Shown one piece after another: positions 13,268 through 25,600 of a stretch of DNA of 64,000 bases; position 1 is the stretch's first letter, and every line of letters starts with the position of its first letter. The notes under the pieces are model-generated. The model did not search any database, was not told the origin of the DNA, and was given only the letters and a program-made list of their open reading frames with translations. Position numbers and translations under genes: made by a program. The stretch lies in NCBI RefSeq assembly GCF_009914755.1, contig NC_060931.1; one strand, given 5' to 3'. The stretch comes from the human T2T-CHM13v2.0 reference genome, Homo sapiens.

Positions 13268-13514
13268 TTTTTTTAAAATTTTTTTTATTGTACTTTAAGT
13301 TCTATGGTACATGTGCACAATGTGCAGGTTTGTTACATATGTATACATGAGCCATGTTGGTGTGCTGCACCCATTAACTCATCGTTTACATTAGATATAT
13401 CTCTGAATGCTATCCCTCCCCTCTCCAACCACCCCACAACAGGCCCCGGTGTGTGATGTTCCCCTTCCTGTGTCCAAGTGTTCTCATTGTTCAATTCCAA
13501 CCTATGAGTGAGAA
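13268..13514 (-). mobile_element. Short younger L1PA (about L1PA4-5) 3' UTR with TSD catattttc
   Basis: Canonical L1PA 3' UTR. catattttc occurs at 13259-13267 and 13515-13523. Confidence 0.9.
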
Positions 13515-15399
13515 CATATTTTCACTTTGAAATTGCTGAATTTCTCTGTTACTTTGAAGCAGCTAAGGTAAATTTGGTTAATACCATAACATTATTTTTA
13601 CAACTAAATGCCAAGAACTCTGGGAGCAGGAAGATAGGAAAATTCAGTACAGATGTCTGTGTGTCCTTTGCTGGATCTTGTTGCTTATGCTGCTGTACTC
13701 TGATCTTTGTCAGGTGAGGTCGAAAGTCAGTAGCATGGGGCATGTGTAGACATGTAGATATATAATGTGGTTTATACACATGCATGCACACACATGCATT
13801 CCTACTACTATAAATAGGATTTAATGTGGCCTTGAAAGGATATCTGAAATATTGTCAGATAAAACATTTGAACTGCATAAGGAAGCAATGTGCTTTCCTG
13901 TGTAGGGTCCACAATGGTTGGCTTCCCCCCCATACCCAAGTGGCCTGAATTCATTGGCCTGCTCTTTCCAAGGGCTATGTATTTCCGTCTGACCTCTACT
14001 TGAGGGAGGGATCCTTTTTGGAGAAATTACCAATTAAGACCATGTCACTAGAAAATCTATTAAGGATTATAAAGACACATGATTAATAATTTATGGTGAT
14101 CTCTTCATAGAATTATTTTTCCTTTCAGCCATTTCCTGACATATTTTGTTACATAACCCCTTTTAATAAAGTAAAATAGACACCGTTTTGAGTATAAATC
14201 CCAATGTGCTTTTGAATTGGCCACATCACCCTGGAGTCTGCAGATTTCCAATAGCTGACTGAACCTGGAGTAAAATGCAGAGTGCCCTTTAAACATAATT
14301 TGTTCTCTGATGTCCCTTACTAGTTTAGTCTATTTTATAAAACTGTAATGTAGGATCCCCCTTGGCAGATTTCAGGGTACTCCATTTTCCTATAGTATCA
14401 AAAGATTTTTCTTTAAAGAGAAAAATCTGTATTACCTTTACTTTCTAGAGTTGTAAGTATAAGTTGAATTGTATTTTAGAATAATATCCTTGTTACCCAC
14501 AGTAAAGAGTCAATTTTTTTCTCTACATGAAGGTTACAGAGCATAGAAATTTAAGTGAATTTAGACACTAGTTGCCTACTACCATTTTATGGATAACTGT
14601 CATAATGACTGCATGACCCAGTCAATTTACTTTTAAGACCCAGATCTAACTAAGCCACTAATCATTGTTTGAAAGGTAAAGCCCAAGGTTCTTAGCAAGG
14701 CCCCCCTGAAGTGTGGTGCCTTCTGCTCAGTGAAGGTGTCTGTGATCCTCCTCCCATCCCACAGGGATATTTGTTGCCCTGCCTCTGGGGCTGGGCTGAT
14801 GCCTTCTCCGTGTTTCTGTTACGCCCTCTTTCTCTATTAGGGCACATCTATGTTGGTTTATGGTATCGATATGCTACTCATAATTGAATCTTGCAAGAAA
14901 ATAGGGAGACCCTGCCCTGTGCAACTGGGAATGGATAGATCCTGCCTTCCCAGCCTGAGCAGGGCCCCTGTCACCTGCACCCACTGCTGGACATGAGTGC
15001 TGAGATCCCACTTCCTTGCTGTCCTTCCCTAACCTGCGCTGACTCCTGTCCAGCTGTCCCACTGTCCTGCTGCTGGCCTTGGGTTGTTTGCCATGAATTC
15101 AGGTTTCCATTAGGACCTGAGCCCTAGTTCCTGCCTATTTTGTCTCCTGCCTAGAGCTGCACTTTTGCTGTCTGTACCCTAGGTGCTGGCTGGGTTGGAA
15201 CAGCCACACTGTTCAGATATGAGATATGCTGCATATCTGGAAAGTTCTGCTATACCTAGGTCCCATCTGAATTCTTCCTATTTAATACAGGGATCGTTTG
15301 TTAGTCATTTTCAGTTAGAGGATAACTAAGTGGCACATTTCTGGGCATAGTTGGATTCCTGTATTAGGACACTGGATTGTTGTGAGTGGGTGGACCAGA

Positions 15400-15570
15400 A
15401 GTAAGCTCAGTCAATTGTCTCCACCAACCAGAATTACTTGAAGAGATTTAAATGAATGTGCACACCTGGGCCCCTCCCTAGAACTCTGCAATGAGAAGCT
15501 CTGGGGATGAGACCCAGGAGCTGTTCATAAAGCTTCCCAGGTAATCCTCCTGAGGAGAGAATGAGCAAGC
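15400..15570. mobile_element. MER5-like remnant
   Basis: cctgggcccctccctaga...ctctggggatgagacccaggagctgttcataaagcttcccaggtaatcct. Confidence 0.55.
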
Positions 15571-16969
15571 TGATGTGGGTTACTGTGAATACTACTCTGC
15601 CAGGCAGGAGGGAATACAGTGGCACAACTTCCTGTTGGAGTGGGAAGACTTCCAAAAGTCCAGGATAGGGTGAAAGGTCAATAAACACACCTTCATCTGG
15701 GAGAGGGAAATAACATTCAAACAGAAAAGTGTAAAATTCAATGAATTTTCACAAATTGAACACATTGATGTAGCCCCCTCTCACTAATAAACTGAATACT
15801 GCCAACACTTCAGATGGCCTCTCATAAACTTCTCCATCAATAGCTGCACCCTAGGTAACTGCAATCCTTATTTTTATTTTTATTGATTCATTTTTCTTGC
15901 CTTTGAACGTTATATAAATGAGGTCATGTAAGATAGAATTCTGAGTATCTAGCTATATTTTTCTCATCGTCTATGTTCTCTGTAGAATAAATTATATATT
16001 GTCAAATGGTGATTTTATATGTGGAAAAATAATAAAGAAAAGTTGCTGGGGATACTGGGAGCTTGCCATGGATATTGGATTTTATTTTTAATACCTTTTT
16101 TATTTTGAAATAGTTTAATAATCAGAAGAAGTTGTAAAATTATTATCGAACATTGCTATGTACCTTACACCCAGCTTCTCCCAATGATAATATAATAATA
16201 TATTACATGGCAATTTACACTGTCAAAGCCAGGTAATTGATGTTGGTTATGATACTAACTCAGTCGTTATCATTAAAATATAATCATTAAATATATTTTA
16301 AATGATTAAATATAATAATTAAAATGTTGGCATATTATAGTTTATAGGGGAAATTGAAATTTATTGGAAAGTTAAATGTGTCAGATTGCAAATTAGAAAG
16401 AAGATTAAAAAGTGAGCAGCTCAGATTTAGAGAAAATAAGAGTTGAAAATTAAATTTGCATTCCTCTGATAGATACTTACTGAATACTTTTTGCAAAGTA
16501 TTGTGCAAAGTGCTGGTTATATAATCCTTTTATGCGATTCAACATATACTATAAACTTACAATGTTTCAGTACTTTTATATACAATCTACATTATTAAAT
16601 GACTTGTTTAGTAAAAAGCACTTAATAAGTAAATGCCTTATAATAATTTTGTGATAAGCTATTTTAACATTTAGTACAATTAATCTGGCATGATCTTATT
16701 CATAAAATTAAAAACTAGCTCTAGTTTAGTGCCAATTCATTTCAGTATCTTTTAGGAATGTATATATTTCATTTATGTTAGACAATAAAAAATGGATTCT
16801 TGCCTGATAATCAGGATGGCAGAACTGGGGTGCTCTGGACAAAGCTGACTGCCCAGAAGTCCGAAGGTGATATCTTCAATTTTTTACAAATCTCTGACCT
16901 TTTTGCCTCTTCTAGACTATTCTGGTATCATTTGCTAGGTGTGAATTCACTCTGATTTCATCTTCCCAG

Positions 16970-17162
16970 GGGTCATTCTACTCTCCAAGGCACAGTCAAA
17001 TCTTCTAAGGATACAGATGTTGAAAAAGAGGAAAAGAGAGTGTTTGAAGGAAGGACCAATGGAGACATTCTTGTGTTATACAACCTTAGTAAACATTATC
17101 GACGCTTTTTCCAGAATATTATTGCTGTGCAAGATATTAGTTTGGGCATACCAAAAGGAGAG
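16970..17162 (+). CDS. ABCA13: ABCA13 coding exon (~exon 54), 193 bp, phase 2->0: [64 protein letters not shown]
   Basis: Acceptor tcatcttcccag| at 16969 and donor GAG|gtaatg at 17163. Encodes the 'D.DV..E..RV' linker and the start of NBD2 ('NLSK.Y', 'AV..ISLGI..GE'). Missing from the supplied ORF track. Confidence 0.96.
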
Positions 17163-18111
17163 GTAATGAAGCTTCTATTTTTAATCTTCTTCTGTTGTGA
17201 ACCTGTACAACTCTAGTAGCTGATCTGCTTGTGTTAGTCTCAGAATATTTGAAATCAGAGCCAAAAATAGCCTTCAAATTTTAGAAATTCCTACAAAATC
17301 AGTAGGAGCAGAACCAAATAGAGGGTCTGTTGACTATTTCATAGTAAAAACTTGGCTGATTGATAGGATTTATTTTGTTTTATAATGTTAAAAATTTCAT
17401 GTGATTGCATAGTTTTAATTATGACTTGGGCTATGGGATAACTTTTTGTTGAGCAAATATTTTTTTGAATCTAATTAAGGAACCACTTTTATCTCTTACT
17501 GGGACATCAGTACTCTAAGTGTCCAATTAAGCCCATCTGGCAAAATGCTACTCAGAAAAGGTAAAGAACACTCATCCACCTAGCAATAGCTCAGGAATTT
17601 TTGTTCACAGGTAAGACATTAATTCTAGTTATAATGTTTAATCAGAACTGACAGAAGCCATATAAATTGTTCCTGATTTATGCTTAATGTGTAAAGGGAA
17701 ATCAGTTCTGGAAGTGATTGCCTTCAATTAACTGTTAAAAATAAAAGAGCACCTTGCATTCATATGGTTCCCAGCTCCTGAGAAATTCAAAATAGGTTAT
17801 ATTGTTATCTGATTGGTATCTATATTCTACTTGTGATCTGACAGTAGGTGTCTCAGATATGTGTATTCTGAGGTAAAGAGAAGCCGAGAGATCAATCTGA
17901 AGTAATGCAGGCATATTCTTACTCTCTGAACTATGATTTCTGGTAGATTAGAACAAAATGTTAAGAAAGGATTTTTTTTTTTAGTAGTTGTTAGCTTCTG
18001 CTCTAAGACTGGCTATGCAATCTTACCCATCTTATTGAACTATTTTTTGTACCCTTGCTTTAAAAATCATGATTATTATAGTTTTGCCGGTACCTCTCCA
18101 TAGTAGTTTGA

Positions 18112-19043
18112 GGCAAAGGGGTGTGGGAGGGCCAAGATTCACTGAAAATCAACTGACAAAAGGCAGAGTAACAGGAAAAAGGCATATGAATTTATTTGAT
18201 TATAGTTTTACGTGATACGAGAGCCTTCAGAATGAAGACCCAAAGATACAGGGAAACTGTCTGTTTTTATGCTTAGGTTCAACCAAGTACGGACAGCCAT
18301 GTAGAAATATGGTTGGACAAAAAGAGTATGACCCAATTAATGCTATTAGGCTGAGAGGGGAAGCCCAGCAAGGCCTCTCTGTTTAGATGCGCTTTTTTTT
18401 TTTTTTTTTTTTTTTTTGAGTTATTATCTACATGTTTATGATGTTTTATTTTTATTGTTAAAAATTTTATTTTAAGTTCTGGGATACATTTGCAGAATGT
18501 GCAGGTTTGTTACATAGTTGTAAATGTGTGCTGTGGTGGTTTGCTGCACCTCTCAACCCATCACCTAGGTATTAAATCCCACATGCATTAGCTATTTATC
18601 CTGATGCTCTCCCTCCCACCATCCCTCTGACAGGCCCCAGTGTGTGTTGTTCCCCTCCCTGTGCCCACGTGTTCTCATTGTTCAGCTCCTACTTATAAGT
18701 GAGAATGTGCAGTGTTTGGTTTTCTGTTTCTTCCTTGTGGGTGTGGGGCAGGACCCTCTCTGGAATGCAGGTCTGTCTTATGACCTACAGTCAAACAAGG
18801 TAGGACAGATAACTTCTTTAGGGGTAATTTTTGTACTGAAAAATATGTAAAAGGGGAGAAGTTAGGGTAATATTTTTGGTTTTATGGTGGCTTTGGGGAA
18901 AAGAGGTTCTAGTTTCTATGACCAGCCTCAGGGGAGAAGGAGGGGCCGGAGACAGCAGGGCAGGAAAAGGTCAGAGTAAAACTTTTGATTCTGAGGCTGC
19001 CTTTGGGGCCTTCACTTTGGGGTATTATTTTCTGAGTCCCAAC
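18112..19043 (-). mobile_element. MER39/MER34-family ERV1 solo LTR, interrupted by an L1 insertion at 18393-18727
   Basis: ttcactgaaaatcaactgacaaaaggcag...aatttatttgattatagttttacgtgatac on the left; terminus ggggtattattttctgagtcccaaca on the right. Confidence 0.75.
18393..18727 (-). mobile_element. Short L1PA (about L1PA8) 3' end with an extra segment and a second poly(A)
   Basis: L1 3' UTR at ~18466-18727; T25 at 18393-18417. Confidence 0.88.
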
Positions 19044-19224
19044 AGGGCTAAGAGATAAACTTGTAAAACATTGACAGAATGATGCTCCAGGTATCTTAAA
19101 TGGTCCAAGATGCCATTTAAAGTTAGATTTTATTATCTTAAGCTCTTATAAGCATTACAGTTTAATTACCTAGATGGAGAGTGCTATGCAAAAGTCTGTG
19201 GAAAATACAGAAATGACTAAGATA

Positions 19225-19530
19225 CAGTCCTGTGTTGTTTAACAATGGGGATATTGTCTGAGAAATGTGTCATTAGGTGATTTCATTATATAATATACTT
19301 TCACAAACCTACATGGTATAGCCTACGACACACCTAGGCTGTATGGTAAGCCCATTCCTCCTTGGCTACAAATCTATACAGTATGTGCTGAATACTGTAA
19401 GCAATTGTAACACAATTGCAAGTATTTGTGTATCTAAACATAGACAAGGTACAGTTAAAATATGGTATTGTCATCTTGTAAGATGACCATTGTATATGCA
19501 GTTCATCATTGCCTGAACTATCATTGACTG
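19225..19530 (-). mobile_element. Tigger3a-like TcMar DNA transposon
   Basis: TA|cagtc...gactg|TA termini. Internal gtatagcctacgacacacctaggctgtatggta and aagtatttgtgtatctaaacataga. Confidence 0.85.
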
Positions 19531-20959
19531 TATATCCTTCTCCATCTAGAAATTAATAATCAGTTAGGAAACAAAATATCATAAGCATGTACTATGTTAC
19601 ATGGGAGCATAAGCATTGTCCCAAGGCAGGGACTGTGATATAATAATGTAATATTTTTTGGAAGTCACAGCATCATAATAATTGTTATCCTCCCAATTTC
19701 ATTTTTGTATATATTAAAGTACTTTCTAAAAAGAACTGAAAGGTGCATGAGTGGTATTGTCTTCAATGCTGTCAGTCCAGAGAGGGTGGCTGTGCAGGCA
19801 GGGAAGGAAAGGTGGGAGGACAGGGTATGTGGGGAGAGCTTTATTAAAAATGTGGTTTATAGCTAAGCCTAAAAGCGTTGGTAGAATTTGGATAGGCTGA
19901 TGGTGGTGTACCCTGGAACATGGACAGGGTAGGCCTGGGGGAGACGGACTCATATTGCAAATGGTGGGAGAGATGCAGGGAAAGCGGGGAAAACATGGTA
20001 ATTGAAGCAGATGGCAACTCATGGGGTTGTGAAATTCAGAGGTCCAAAATAGGGTGAGGTGATGGTTAGGTGGGGCTTGGTGGCAGAAAATCCAGAAGCA
20101 GTCACTTTCCAAGATTTGAGGAGCCAGGAAGCCAGTTTGTATCCATAGATCGCAGCTCCTAGCCATCAGAAAACAGCTGTCTTGGAAGGAGATTGACAGA
20201 ACCAGAGAGACACTGTCACCAAGGTGGACTCTCAGGCACAGTATATGCTGAGGCACATGATAGAGACAAAGTGTAGAAAAGACAGCAAGAAGGCCATTTT
20301 TCACATTGGCTGTAAGGCGAGATTTGATCAAGAACTGAGTTGACTCTATGCTCAATGTCAGAATATAGAACGAGAGTTTCTCTTTTAATTAATATCAAGA
20401 TTAGCTTAGACTCTGAGTTAGGAGTGAATTTGCAGGAATTTACAGGCTCTTCAATGGAAAAAGAAGATATATAAGAAAGCTGTGAGCACTACACACACAC
20501 ATACACATACACAGACAAACACATATGTATATACAGTAGAAGATGGAATCTTTTAAGAAAATACTTTAAAATACACAAAAATGAAATTAGGAGAATAATA
20601 ATTATAATGATGTGACTTCCTAAGAATATTATATTATCTCTGCATAATTTGGGGGTAGTTGGCATTTACTTCTCATCCTCTTGAGTTTTCCACACATGAA
20701 TTTATTGTCTGTAAATTACTGCTGAAATTCTTATACCATTCAAGTGCCATGATGATTTTGAGAGGACTTTGTAATCTATACAGTGTTTTATACACTATTG
20801 TCATTTTAAAACTCCATAAATAACACAAACCAGCAAAGTCAACTCAAAGTTGGCTAAAAGCAAGTGCTGTTTCTGATATAATTTTGATTTTATTTAACTT
20901 GTTCTATTTATTTAGCTTGTTTGATTGAATGTGCTTTACTTAACTTTGTTTCCTCTTAG

Positions 20960-21069
20960 TGCTTTGGACTTCTAGGGGTGAATGGAGCTGGGAAGAGCAC
21001 GACTTTCAAAATGCTGAATGGTGAAGTTTCTCTAACTTCAGGACATGCTATCATCAGGACTCCCATGGG
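20960..21069 (+). CDS. ABCA13: ABCA13 coding exon (~exon 55), 110 bp, phase 0->2: [36 protein letters not shown](G); NBD2 Walker A at 20975-21001
   Basis: Acceptor tttcctcttag| at 20959 and donor GG|gtaaga at 21070. '[13 protein letters not shown](S/T)TTFKML' is the ABCA NBD2 signature. Confidence 0.97.
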
Positions 21070-22630
21070 GTAAGATACAGATTTCATCATTTTTGTTGCT
21101 TAAAGAGATAATAAGCCCAGAGAACCCCCAGCATTTTCCCTCAGTCCCGTGGAATAAAATTTGAAAACATCATTTTCCTCCAAATTTACCTTCCAATTAC
21201 CACTCCTCTGATGTGGGGAAAAGTTTCCAAATATGAATAAACTGAGCTCAGTACTTCCAGCTGGAGTAAAGGGCCTTGGAGGTCTTATCACAGAGCAGCC
21301 AAAGGCAGACGTCCCTGGGAGGTATCAGAGTGGATTGGAAGTGCCCAGCTCCTCTCTGCAGATGGAACTCAGGGGAGCAGGAAATGGCCAAGGGGTGGTT
21401 CTTCTTTATTCTCCTCTGGATAAAACTTCAAATGTTCCCATCAGCCTAAGTGGCCAGATGGTTTCCCTCTTTTTACCACCCAGACTTCCTCTTTCAGGTG
21501 GTCATGACTCCTTCAGGGTGGGAGCAGTGAACACATTAAAAACCAAGAAAGCAGCCTCTAGGGGAGTAGGCAAGATGTTTATTCCCCTTGCTTTAACATA
21601 TGTGAGGTCCCTGGGCACCCTGCACACTCAGAGGCTGCCTGAGGCCAGATGACCCCTGCAGGCTCTGTGGGTAACATACACTCATGCATTCCTTTATGTC
21701 ACTCTTACCTGGGCCCTTTCACTCCCATTTCACAGGGCACCTGATTCTTCACCTCCTTCTAAACTGTGTGCTTGGTTGGGAACATTCAGGGCATGGTGCC
21801 TTCACGCCCCTTTCTGCACCTGTGTGGTAGTGTGTCTTCCTTTTTCCCCTGCTCTGATCAGGACTAATGTTAATGATGTTTCTCTCTACTGCAAGAAGAA
21901 ATCCCCTGCTCTAAACCTCTCTGTGCTCAATTTGCTCTTTGATTTGTGTGCTATCAAGTTTACCCTAACAGCAAACTGGGCTCAATATCACAAACTAAAA
22001 TCTTAGACCTTTAATTTCATAGCCAGTTTCTGGTGATTCTTTCTCCACATACCACTCCTGTGCTGTGCCTTCTAATATGGATGTCCTCGTATCCCATTCT
22101 TTTTTCAGCACTGTGTTACAAGGCCCCAGGCATCTATCTTTCTTTTTTCCCACTACAGCAAACTCATGGTAACTTGATGGGTAGTCAAATTCATAGCTGT
22201 CTTTATGAATTTAAACCCAGCACCCACCAGCCAACAGGTTGAGATGCGACCTCCAGCTTTCTGTTCAGTTTCTGATCCGCAGAGATATTTATTTTTAAGA
22301 GAGGTTATATGTTCTTGACCCTAGTTTTGTAGCAATGAATATGGCAAATAAAAATCGATTAAACATTGTTTTGTGGATGTAGAGAAAGAACTGTAAAGGA
22401 TTGTGTCTACAATTTCCCACTGGAATTTTAATTGACTTTATGTTGCATTTATAAATTAATTTGGAAAGAACTAACATTTGACAATCTCTTTTTTTTTACA
22501 ATCACTTGCTAAAATAAATATAATTCATTTGTGAAAGTATTTTAATTAATCCTTGCAGTCTTTTAGAAGAGAATGCTCTTATCAGTAATTAATGAAACAG
22601 TTTTCTACACTTTCTCTACAGTAATGTCTC

Positions 22631-25600
22631 CTTTTTAAATTTTATTTTTTATTTCAATAGGTTTTTGGGGAACAGGTGGTGTTTGGTTACATGAATAAGT
22701 TCTTTAGTGGTGATTTCTGAGATTTTGGTGCACCTCACCCAAGCAGTGTACACAGTACCTAATTGTGTAGTCTTTTATCCCTCACTCCTCTCCCAACATT
22801 TCTCCCCAAGTCCCCAAAATTCATTGTATCATTCTTGTAATTCATTGTATCATTCTTATGCCTTTGTGTCCTAATAGCTTAACTTACAATTATAGTGAGA
22901 ACATAAGAATGCTTGGTTTTTCATTCCTGAGTTACTTCACTTAGAATAATAGTCTCCAGTTCCATCCAGGTGGCTGCCAATGCCATTATTTATTTAGTTC
23001 CTTTTTGTGGCTGAGAGGTGTTTCATGGTGTATATATATGTATATATATACACATATACATATATAGATGTATATATACACATATATACATATATATTCT
23101 TTATCCACTTGTTGATTGATGGGCATTTGAGCTGGTTTCAAATTTTTGCAATTGCAAATTATGCTGCTATAAACGTGTGCGCAAATATCTTTTTCATATA
23201 ATGACTTTTTTTCCTTTGGGTAGATACCTAGTAGTGAGATTGCTGGATCAAATGGTAGACCTACTTTTAGTACTTTAAGGAATCTCCACACTGTTTTCTA
23301 TAGTGGTTGTACTAGTTTACATTCCCACCAACAGTGTAAAAGTGTTCCCTTTTTACCACATCCATGCCAACATCTATTATTTTGATTTTTTGATTATGGC
23401 CATTCTTGCAGGAGTGAAGTGGTACCACATTGTGTTTTGATTTGCATTTCCCTGATCATTAGTGATGTTGAGCATTTTTTCATATGCTTGTTAGTCATTT
23501 GTCTATCTTCTTTTGAGAATTGTCTATTCATGTCCTTAGCCCACTTTGTGATGGTATTTTTTGTTTCTTTCCTGCTGATTTGTTTGAGTTCTTTGTAGAT
23601 TCTGGATCTTAGTCTTTTGTCAGATGTATAGATTGTGAAGATTTTCTCCCACTCTGTGGGCTGGCTGTTAACCCTGCTGATTGCTTATTTGGCTGTGCAG
23701 AAGCTTTTTAGCTTAATTAAGTCCCATCTGTTTATCTTTGTTTTTGTTGCATTTGCTTTTTGGTTCTTGGTCATGCAGTCTTTGCCTAAGCCAATGTTTA
23801 GAGGGGTTTTTCCGATGTTATCTTCTAGAATCATTATGGTTTCAGGTCTTAGATTTAAGTCTTTGATCCACCTTGAGTTGATGTTTGTATAAGGTGAGAG
23901 ATGAGGATCCAGTTTCATTCTTCAACATGTGGCTTGCTAATTATCCCTGCACCATTTGTTGAATATGGTGTCCTTTCCCATCTTTATGTTTTTTTGTTTG
24001 CTTTGTCAAAGATCAGTTGGCTGTGAGTATTTGGCTTTATTTCTGGGTTATTGATTCTGTTCCATTCGTCTATGTGCCTATTTTTATACAAGTACCATTC
24101 TGTTTTGGTGACTATGGCCTTATAGCATAGTTTGAAGTTAGGTAATGTGATGCCTCCAGGTTTGTTCTTTTTGCTTAGCAATTGCTTTGGCTATGTGGGC
24201 TTCTTTTTGGTTCCATATGAATTTTAGGATTTTTTTTTCTAGTTCTGTGAAGAATGATGGTGGTATTTTGATGGGAATTCCACTGAAATTGTAGATTGCT
24301 TTTAGCAGTATGGTCATTTTCACAATATTGATTCTACCCATCCATGAGCATGGGATGTGTTTCCATTTGTTTGTATCATCTATGATTTCTTTCAGCAGTG
24401 TTTTTTACTTTTCCTTGTAGAGGTCTTTCACCTCCTTGTTTAGGTATATTCCTAATTTTTTTTTTTTTTTTTTTTGCGGCTGTTGTAAAAGATGTTGAGC
24501 TCTTGATTTGATTCTCCGTTTGGTTGCTTTTGGTGTATAGCAGAGCTACTGATTTGTGTACATTAATTTTGTGTCCTGAAACCTTGCTGAATTTATTTAC
24601 TAGTTCTAGGAGTTTTCTGGATGAGTCTTTAGGGTTTTCTACGTATACAATCATATCATCAGCAAACAGTGACAGTCTGACTTCCTCTTTACCAATTTGG
24701 ATGCTCTTTATTTTTTTCTCCTGTGTGATTGCTCTGGCTAGGACTTCCAGTATTATGTTGAATAGAAGTGCTGAAAGTGGGCATCCTTGTCTTGTTCCAA
24801 TTCTCAGGGGGAATGCTTTCAGCTTGTCCCCATTCAGTATAATATTGTCTATGGGTTTGTCATAGATGGCTTTTAATACCTTAAGTTATGTCCCTTCTAT
24901 TCCTATTTTGCTGAGGGTTTTAATCATAAAGAATGCTGGATTATGTCAAATGCTTTTTCTGCATCTATTGAGATGATCATGTGAATTTTGTTTTTAATTC
25001 TGTTTATGTGGTGTATCACATTAATTGGCTTGCATGTGTTAAATCAACCCTGCATCCCTGGTATGAAACACATTTGATCATGGTGGATTATCTTTTTGAT
25101 ATGCTTTGGATTCAGTTAGCTAGTATTTTTATAAGGATTTTTTCATCTATGTTCATTAGGGATATTGGTGTGTTGTGTTGTGTTCTTTTTTTGTTATGTC
25201 CTTTCCTGATTTTGGTATTGGGGTGACACTGGCTTCATAGAGTGATTTAGGGAGGATTCCCTCTTTCTCTATCCTGTAGAATAGTGTCAATAGGATTGGT
25301 CCCAATTCTTCTTTGAATGTCTGATAGAATTCAGCTGTAAATTCCTCTGGTACTGGATTTGTTTTTGTTGGTAATTTTTTTAATTATCATTTCAATCTTG
25401 CTGCTTGTTATTGGTCTATTCAGAGTTTCTGTTTCTTCCTGGTTTAATCTAGGAGGATTATATATTTCCAGGAATTTATTCATCTCCTTCAGGTTTCCTA
25501 ATTTATGTGTGTGAAGGTGTTTATACTAGAATTGAATAGTATTTTTTATTTCTGTAGTATCAGTAATAATATCTCTTTTTTCATTTGTAATTGAGCTTAT

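Noticed and set aside
19726-20355. Longest ORF in the track (209 aa, minus strand)
   Set aside because: Pro/Leu/Cys/His-rich antisense reading of purine-rich intron; no domain and no true ATG start.
21233-21652. 139-aa plus-strand ORF after the Walker A exon
   Set aside because: No ABC Q-loop or signature similarity, and no recognisable homology.
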